A program made the translations under genes and the position numbers. Shown piece after piece: positions 56,138-64,000 of a stretch of DNA of 64,000 bases. The notes below the pieces were generated by a model. It did no database searches. It had not been told where the DNA came from and saw only the letters and a list, made by a program, of their open reading frames with translations. Each line of letters starts with the position of its first letter. The stretch's first letter is position 1. The DNA is from the human T2T-CHM13v2.0 reference genome, Homo sapiens. The stretch is from NCBI RefSeq assembly GCF_009914755.1, contig NC_060934.1; one strand, 5' to 3'.

Positions 56138-57368
56138 GCCAGGGGGTGTGGTCTTTAAGAATAGTTTAGGAAGACTTATGTTTTTTTCCCCCTATTCCAG
56201 AGTCACTTTGCAACTTAAGTAGAAATTCGTATATGTTCTCTCATCTCTTAATCATGCACAGGCTCTTCTAGAATATCTCTTACCTGAATAGCTTCTAAGG
56301 GGCTAGTCACTCACAGCAGTGGAATGGGCAGTGTTTGGAGTCTCAAGACACAAGGGGGGAGTTAAATCAGCTTTCCTTTTTGTGGAAAATGGGGTTCAGT
56401 GACCTGCCTTCTGTTTCCTCTCTCTCTTCCTACCTGCAGTGAGTAGTATTACTAGCCTTTTCTATATTCTTTCCCTCCGATCTTCCTGCTCTTCTTTCCC
56501 ACTCCAAAGGCACATGCCATGCAAAATATTTGAACTAGACCCTCCTCCAAAGCCCAGCTTTTACACTGACTCACCCTCAGCAACCCTGAACTAAGACTCC
56601 ATGTTTCAACTGTCTTTGTCATTCCTGATCAGCATGCCTCTGTGCCTTCATAGACGTTGTCCCCTTTCCCTGGAATTTTGCTCCATTCCTATCTCCCGCC
56701 AATGCATGTCTCTATGTGTCAGACCCCTATTCATCCTCTAGAACTCAACTTGGACATCAATTTCTCCTCCTGGAAGCCTGCCCTGATTGTCAAATTCTGT
56801 TCACTGACAGTACCTCACGCTTTCCCAGACACTCTCATTATATTGTCATAATATGTTTACACATCTAACTGACTAAATGTGAAATACTCTGGAGGTTGGG
56901 CAGGACTGGGTCAAATTTATCATTTGCATCATTAGGACATAGTAGATACCACTTATTAATTAATGGATGTGGAGAGCATTTTATTTGCTTCAAGACCTAT
57001 GCCAAAATAAAACACAGCAAGCTAATTATTTGTACTTCAGCTCCCATTTTTAAGTCTTCTCACATTATTATATATTACAAATATAATTGGTAGTTAGGAT
57101 CCTTCCTTTCTGTTTATCTTTATTGTCAAGTCCTAACTGAGCCCCAGTGTGTGAATGAGAGCCTCAAAGATGCTCTCTGTGGATAGAAGTGGAGGAAGAG
57201 GGAAGACACAATCCCTGTTCTCAAGAAGCTTGCAGTCTGAAGGAGGAGAAAAGACAAACAGCACTGATGGAAGGAGGACACCTGTGCGTGATTACTGCTG
57301 TTCTGTCAGTGAAACCCCAGAGATTTACAGTCAGTTATCACCACTGTAAAGAACAATGTGAAAGTCAG

Positions 57369-57662
57369 GGCCAGGTGCGGTGGCTGATGCCTCTAATCCC
57401 AGTACTTCAGGAGACCGAGGCCAGTGGATCCCTTGAGCCCAGAAGTTTCAGACCAGCCTGGGCAACATGGTGAAACCCTGTCTCTACTGAAAATACAAAA
57501 GTGGTGGCACACGCCTGTAGTTCCAGCTACTAGGAAGGCTGAGGAGGTGGGATCACTTGAGCCCAGGAGACGAAGGTGGCAGTGAGCCGAGATCACACCA
57601 CTGCACTCCAGGCTAGGTGACAGAGCCAGACCCTGTCTCAAAAAAAAAAAAAAAAAAAAAAA
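57369..57662 (+). mobile_element. AluJ SINE
   Basis: cttgagcccagaag, ggatcacttgagcccagg, agaccctgtctc; start of the right arm deleted; poly(A); TSD AAAGTCA. Confidence 0.92.
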
Positions 57663-57829
57663 GTCACCCACTGGGTATCTTGGAGCATAACATTATCGGG
57701 CACATTTAAATATAAATAAAGATTTGACATTGAGATACAAATTCACCACACTCCTAATTATTCAAAAATATTATTCTATCTTGATTGTCACCCATATACT
57801 TTTGTGCACATGGGAAATGCACCCATGTG

Positions 57830-58720
57830 CATTTCCACAATGACATACTAAATAGACACACTTTTTTTTAAGGTAGGCTTCAGGCAAAATCAATACATAA
57901 AACAAAAACAGTTTTTCATGATGCATTTAACTTTATAAGATATAATCTCATTAATACCAAGTGCCAGTTTATCAGTGGACACATATGTATTATTTCTATA
58001 TAGCTGTAATAAGAATGAGCATACCTTTTGCTGTAATTAATAACTTCTGTATATTCATACGTTTTTTCCCCATAAGACCATGTAGTTCCAGTTTTCAATT
58101 TGTAGTAATGATATAGAATCTATCATAGAATATGCTATTAATTGCTTGAATATGTCCCTGCTATTGGTTATTTAGGTTGCTTAATTGCTTTTTCTCCCTG
58201 TGAGGGATAGCACTGTTATAAATATTTCCATACAAATAGCTTTTTTTCTTTTTCGCTTTTGAATTATTTCCATGGAATATAAGAGTATATTACCTAAAGT
58301 GGACTTAGCAGGTTAATGGGCATAAATAGCTTTGTCATTCTGCCAGAATGCTCCCTGGCAGGTCTGGGCCAGCATACAGTATTCGCAGGAGGATATGGGA
58401 ATATCTGTTTCTTTATAATATCCTTAAATTTCATAACTTTGAAATGAATTTTCACTAATTCAAATGGCATTTTGGCATTTCAGAAATGAGTTAATTTGCT
58501 TTTCTTTAATCTGCTGAAAGCAAGATGCCAGGCCTTTTTTCAGCATTGGTTCACTCTCTACTTTTCTTCATGTATAAACTACCTGTCCTTGTATTTCAGA
58601 GATCATCCTGCTTTGGTGGGTCTTAGACTAACCATTTGTTAATGGTTATCCTTTCTGATATAAGGAAAAATAGAATGTGCCTTATCACTTTGCTAATTAT
58701 TTTTCTTTGTCCTGCAGCAT
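57830..58720 (-). mobile_element. Old L1ME-type remnant
   Basis: AT-rich; tatttaggttg, ataaatatttccatacaaatagct, ttttcttcatgtataaactacctgtcc. Confidence 0.5.
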
Positions 58721-59502
58721 ATTTTCACATTACACAAATTACACCTATCAGAGGTACACCCAAGTGCAGGAAGTTTGTGGTTTTAGTGAATTAGTAGCTA
58801 TTCCCATGGAGCCAGTCAGGGGCTGGCGTCTGTTCAGCGCACCTTCCAGACTCATCAGACTTTTAAAAACCACTTTGTGGTGAGGAAAGAGGGAGGGCTT
58901 GGAGGTCCCAACTCTGCTGCTGTGTGACTGGGGAGGTTCCTTAGCCTCTTTGAGCCTGAGCTTCCTCAGCTGAATCATTGGAAACAAAACCTAGCTTGCA
59001 GAATCATTTGGAACATAAGTTGGTGCTGCTTAGAGTGGTCTCTCCTTACTTTCACTTCCTTCTACTTGTTCCATCCTTCTCTCCTCTCTCTTTAAGACCA
59101 ACAGGGAATACAGCTGCTAGAGTTTGGAGGGAGGCCAAGCCTTCAGCCCGGGCACCCAAGAATTCACCATGCCCAGAGCCTGTATCCACCTTCGTGGACC
59201 CAGCTTCCTGGCTTCTGGGGCACCACAGTGTCTGTTCCCCTCAAGCCCAAAGGAAGTTTGTTGTTTCCAACACCCAGACAGCCTCAGTACTTTCACCAAC
59301 TTGGAAGCGGTGGATCTACAGTCATCTTGAAGGGGCCCACACTACTTATGAGCACATTTCATGAGAGACCTGGCCAAGGAGGAAGATATGGCCCATGGAT
59401 TTCCTTTCCAGGAAATTAAGGGAAACTACCCCTTATTTAGTACCTAATAAGGGCTGCTGACACATTATCTCAATTTTCAATTGGCAATCATAGGAGTCAC
59501 TG

Positions 59503-59928
59503 TTTTTTTCCTTTTCTCCTCCCTTCCCTGCCTCCCTCCTCCCCCCTCTTCCACCCTTCTCCCCTTCCTCCCCCTCCTCCTCCTCCTTCCCCCTCCTCCT
59601 CCCCCTTCCCCCTCCTCCTCCTCTTCCTCCTCCCCCTTCTCCTTCTTCCTCCTCTCCTTCTTCCTCCTCTCCTTCTCCCTCCTCTCGCTTCTCCCTCCCC
59701 CTCCCCCTCCTCTTCCGCTTCCCCCTCCTCCTCTTCTTTCCCCCTCCCCCCTCCTCTCCCTTCTCCCCTCCCCCCTCCCCCTCCTCCTATCCCCTTCCCT
59801 TCTTCCTCCTCTCCCTCCTTTTCTCCCCTCCACCTCCTCCTTCTCTCCCCTCCCCCCTCCCCCTCTTCCCCTTTCTTTTCCCTTTTTTCCCTCTTATTTT
59901 CCCTCCCCTCCTCCTCTTCCCCTTTTTT
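59503..59928. repeat. CT-rich polypyrimidine/polypurine tract
   Basis: About 425 bp of (CCT)n/(CCCT)n-like sequence with only a handful of purines. Confidence 0.95.
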
Positions 59929-60521
59929 GTTGGCAGGCAAGTGAGTAAGGGGGTGGGCAGATGAAGAAATCAGTCAGGGGGGATCAGTGTTTTTGCTCAT
60001 GGTCCCACAATAGGAAGTACAGAGCTAAGATTTGAACTGAAATCTGTCTGAACTCAAAGTCCACGTGCTTTCTGCCAAGCATGCTGGCCCTGAGATTATC
60101 CCTTTCCACCTCTTAGAAGCTTTCCCTGAGCTTTCTACCACACATTACCTTCCTTCGCGTCCATCTTTCTTTGAGATTTACCAATCATGTCACCAATTGA
60201 ACACTTCTCATTTAATGCCTTGAATGATTAAACATGTTTGGCCTGCAGGTTGCCCTATCTACGTAGGTCTGTATACACACACACCTGTGCACACTTGGTT
60301 AGTCAGGACACTGCTGTGTGTTCTGCTCCAGGAAACTTTCCTACTGGCTCACCTCCCCTCACTTCTTTCTGTAATTCATGTGCTGAGCTGGTGGCAGTTG
60401 TTTGTAAATGTGACCCAACCTCTTGACAAAAGTGCATGTCTCCAGGAGTGTGTGTCTGACCCAAGTTAAGCCAATTGGAATCCCTTCCTAGGAATTGGAG
60501 GTTAGGAACAAGAGAGAGCAC

Positions 60522-60609
60522 AATTTTTCTTCTCTTTCTTTCTTCTCCTTTCTTCCTTCCTTCCTTCCTTCCTTCCTTCCTTCCTTCCTTCTTTCTCTCT
60601 TTTTTTTTT
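60522..60609. repeat. (CTTC)n / T-rich microsatellite
   Basis: Seen directly; lies within a probable MLT1 remnant. Confidence 0.9.
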
Positions 60610-61344
60610 GGAGCTGGTCCTCTAGCATGTGAATCTTAAGAGGTGGGGAGGGCCCAAGGGGTGCCAGGTAGACTCGGGGAGAGGTGGATGGAGCCTCCCT
60701 TCAAAAGAAGAGATATGAAGAGGGTCCCGTAGGCTCCCAGTCCTGCATTAGTCCTTTCCTGAGTCACAGCTGCAGCCCTGTCCTTGGCTACTACAGGATC
60801 CCCTGCTTTTCTGTGCCTCCCTGTACTCTGAGCTTATGTCAGTTCCACAGGGCCCCTTGCTTGTCTTCAGAAAGATTCCAACCCCTGTTGCCCTGGGTTC
60901 TGCCAGCTGAATGTGGGATTTTCTGATTATTATCAACCTACCTGAAGAGTAATCATGGGTTCCAGTTGGGAAATTTGCAGAGGTGTGAACTTGAACCATG
61001 CCTGCTTCTAAGCTGGTGTGTAGGGATGAGTGCACTTCTCAGTGGGCCTAGCTAAGTACGGCATTCATGACCGTGTGGGACTTTTTGTTTTTTCTGCTAT
61101 TTTTTTACATGGTAGCTTTTTGCCTTATGATAAAAACAAAATGAAGTGAAACAAAACTAAATTCAGACTTAATAATATCCATCCAAGCTGGAGATAAAAT
61201 GAGGGAAAATGGAAAAGGTTAAATAACTAGGTCATGTTTCTTGATGGAAATGTGATTGGAGAAAAGGCCAGGGGGGTGACATACTTTTTTTGTATTTGAG
61301 GTTTTGTGGATTTGCAGGAATCTCAATGTCACTTGAGAACTCTG

Positions 61345-61520
61345 AGGGGGTGCACGTCAGTGTGTACAAGATTCACCTGGATAGCCTATAAAATGCAGAT
61401 TTCCAGGCCCTGTTCCCAGAGTGTACATAATGCATGAAAGATAGGGACCAGGGTCTGTGTTTTTAAGTAAGTTTCTCAGATGAGTCTGGCTCAAGGGGTC
61501 TGTGAGTCACACTTTGACAG
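61345..61520. mobile_element. MER5-family hAT MITE
   Basis: attcacctgg...aaaatgcagatttccaggccc...tctgtgtttttaag. Confidence 0.6.
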
Positions 61521-63124
61521 ATTCTTACCTGTTGTATATTACATTGATCTGTATCTGTTTGTCTGTCTGTAGGTTCCCATGTATCTTCATCTCTTTCTCT
61601 CTCTCTCACTCTCCCACCCACACACATATCCACTCTTTCAGTAAGCTCCTCACATCTCCTCCTCTCATATGCCCACAATACCCGATAAATCCTTTGCACA
61701 TTTCATGTGCCAGGTAAATGCTTGCTGGTTCTATTATTCCTCAGCTGTTATTCTGGGATGAACTTTTCCTTGGAGTGGGGCCACACCCAATACTATCCAC
61801 TTGGACCCTTCCATGTGCTGGGCAGTGGGAGGCAGGTGCGCCCTTTCCCTTTCCCCAGATCTACCTCCTACTCACATGCAACCTACTCATTTGAGTCAAA
61901 ATTCTAATTTTAGAAGAAAACTAGGGCCTGACATCTAAGCCTTGCCAGGTGCATGGCCTGGAGGAAGAGAAGTTGAGGGCTGGAGAGTAGCTCAACAGCT
62001 GAGATGTGGAACTCAGGTTTTAGGAGGGTGGAGAGGCAGGAGGGAAATGCAGAAGGCAGTGACGTGGCCTTCACTTCCAGAGCCAAGATTGCTCATGCAG
62101 CTATGAAATCAAACCTGCCGTTTATTGTGTTTTCCTTAACCACTGGGTTTAGAATGGAAAGTTGGCTTGAGGTTGAGTCTCTGATCTTATCTTGAGGATG
62201 TTGGGTTTACTTTAAACTTAGTCTTAAGGAGATTCTAGTGGAGGTTCTCATATGCACCAAGCTGTCATGGTAACTTCAGGGGTGCCAAAATTGCTGCCTT
62301 AATTGACACCCTCTAATCAGTAAGGAGGTGGAATTTGAAACATTAGGAGGGAACAGATTTTTTAGGGTAAGAATATATTAGGTGCTGCCATTTACGTGTC
62401 GTGGGATTTTGCTTGGTTACCTAATCTAAGTCTATTTCATCCTTGAATAAAATGGGAACAATAGTAATCATAGGATTGTTGCAAGGGTTAAATGAGAAAA
62501 TAGATGTAAATATTGACTTCTGGTACTACTTGCATTATTGTCATTAACTGGAATTTATCAACTGACTAACATTTATCCTATAAATATTTACTTATTAACA
62601 GATGTTTATAAACATCTACTATGTATCAAGTAGGGTTTTATTTATTTATGGGTTTACCAATTCATAACAAAGATCAAGAGGCAAGAAAAAACAGTAGGTC
62701 ATTCATTCTGAAGATACTTTTTGAACACCTACTGTGGATTAGGTGTTTGAAGCACCTACTGTGAACAAAATGCTCTGCTTTTCTGCAGCCCTGTGTTCTG
62801 TTTGATCATGCCTAATTACTCTTTTAATTGTAAAGGATTGAGTTTGTCAATATTTTATTTAGAATATTTGCATCAAAATTAAATGTGAACTATTTTTGAC
62901 TCCCCCTAAAATAAAGAGACTCAACACTTGCTCTTAAATATCTCACAGTGTAGTGAGAGAAGATAAAATATTAGTATTACAATACAATAAGAAGTTGCTG
63001 TAATGTTAGGATGCATCAACAGTCATATATATAAAAGAAGGAGCAACAGAATCTGTCTTGAGAAGTCATGATAGGCCTTGGAGAAGTGATTTTGATCTGA
63101 GGCTTAAATGGTGGGAGAAGTATT

Positions 63125-63495
63125 TTAAGCACAACAGGAACACAAATGGGTTGAAACAGAAGAAAGATTGATTGACTGATTGAACAGAAAGGACTAGATG
63201 TTTATGGCTTCATGGCAGGCTTGATCCAACAGCTCAAATGATGATGTCGTCAAAGACTTAGATTTTCTTAGTATTTGTACTCCGGCTTGTGCATTCTTGG
63301 CTGCATCTTCAGGTTCCACACTGTGTACCTTCAGCAACTTCAGGCATTCTCTATACTCTGTTGGTTGAAGCAGTCACAACATTTTGAAGGGAGGAACATA
63401 GACCCCACTTCTCAACAGAGGGTGCATCAGGGTCACATTGTAAGGTAAGCATGTGGAATGGGAGATACCAGAAAATATAATGGGCCACAGATGGA
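63125..63495 (-). mobile_element. MLT1-type MaLR LTR remnant
   Basis: ggcttcatggcaggcttgatccaacagctcaaatgat; ggaacatagaccccacttctca...gtcacattgtaag. Confidence 0.55.
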
Positions 63496-64000
63496 GAGAT
63501 GAGTGTGGACTGTGGTCATGAGGGATAACTCCCTGCTGGGGACAGGGCTTGAGCTGATGCTTAAAGAGTGGATAGCTGGAAGCTGGCAGGCAGAGAAGGG
63601 CAGGAAGAGAACATGTGCACATTCCTGGGGACACCGGTGAGGGTTTGTGTTCCTTTTTGGGTCTTCTAGATGCCTCCTTACTGCCCAGAGCAACTAAATA
63701 GGCTAAAAATGGAGTCTGTTGCTACCATCTATCTGTAGAAGACCAAAGCATTCAGCAATTTCAAAGCACATGGCTCCTTTTTGGTGTCTTACATATTCAA
63801 CCTCAGGTTTAAAGTCCCCTGTGCCCAGTAAGTTGATCAGGCTTGATAAAATGCAAAGCCATTTCTCCTGACTTCTCCCTTTGTTTTCTCTTCTATTCTG
63901 GGGTACGAGGAGCCTCTGTACCATGGGATTGGAAGACTCACCAATGTCTTTGAGTTGGCACAATAAGTACCCTTGTTAGCACAGAAATCACATTAAATCA

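Noticed and set aside
59477-59948. Three overlapping 118-155 aa ORFs
   Set aside because: Same artefact of the (CCT)n tract.

Overview
Human genomic DNA, identified by a human-specific L1HS-Ta and an SVA_F-like insertion; the window looks intronic or intergenic. I cannot support any host protein-coding exon: the long ORFs are L1 ORF2 fragments, Alu/SVA/LTR read-through or low-complexity sequence. There are no RNA genes or CRISPR arrays, and I found no new multi-gene system. Most of the window is transposable-element debris (5 Alus, L1s of several ages, THE1/MLT1 LTRs, many hAT MITEs, MIR/L2/L3). Most notable: (1) two young 5'-inverted (twin-primed) insertions about 13 kb apart, an SVA_F-like element at 25074-25759 and an L1HS-Ta at 38675-40681, the latter inside a nested TE stack; (2) a CpG-enriched promoter-like segment near 20.0-20.4 kb with a candidate minus-strand micro first exon; (3) an unexplained 100-bp gapless inverted repeat at 27114-27783; (4) several template-switch hairpins and local duplications. 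Repeat subfamily names come from my recall of consensus sequences, not from a search, and boundaries of old repeats are approximate.
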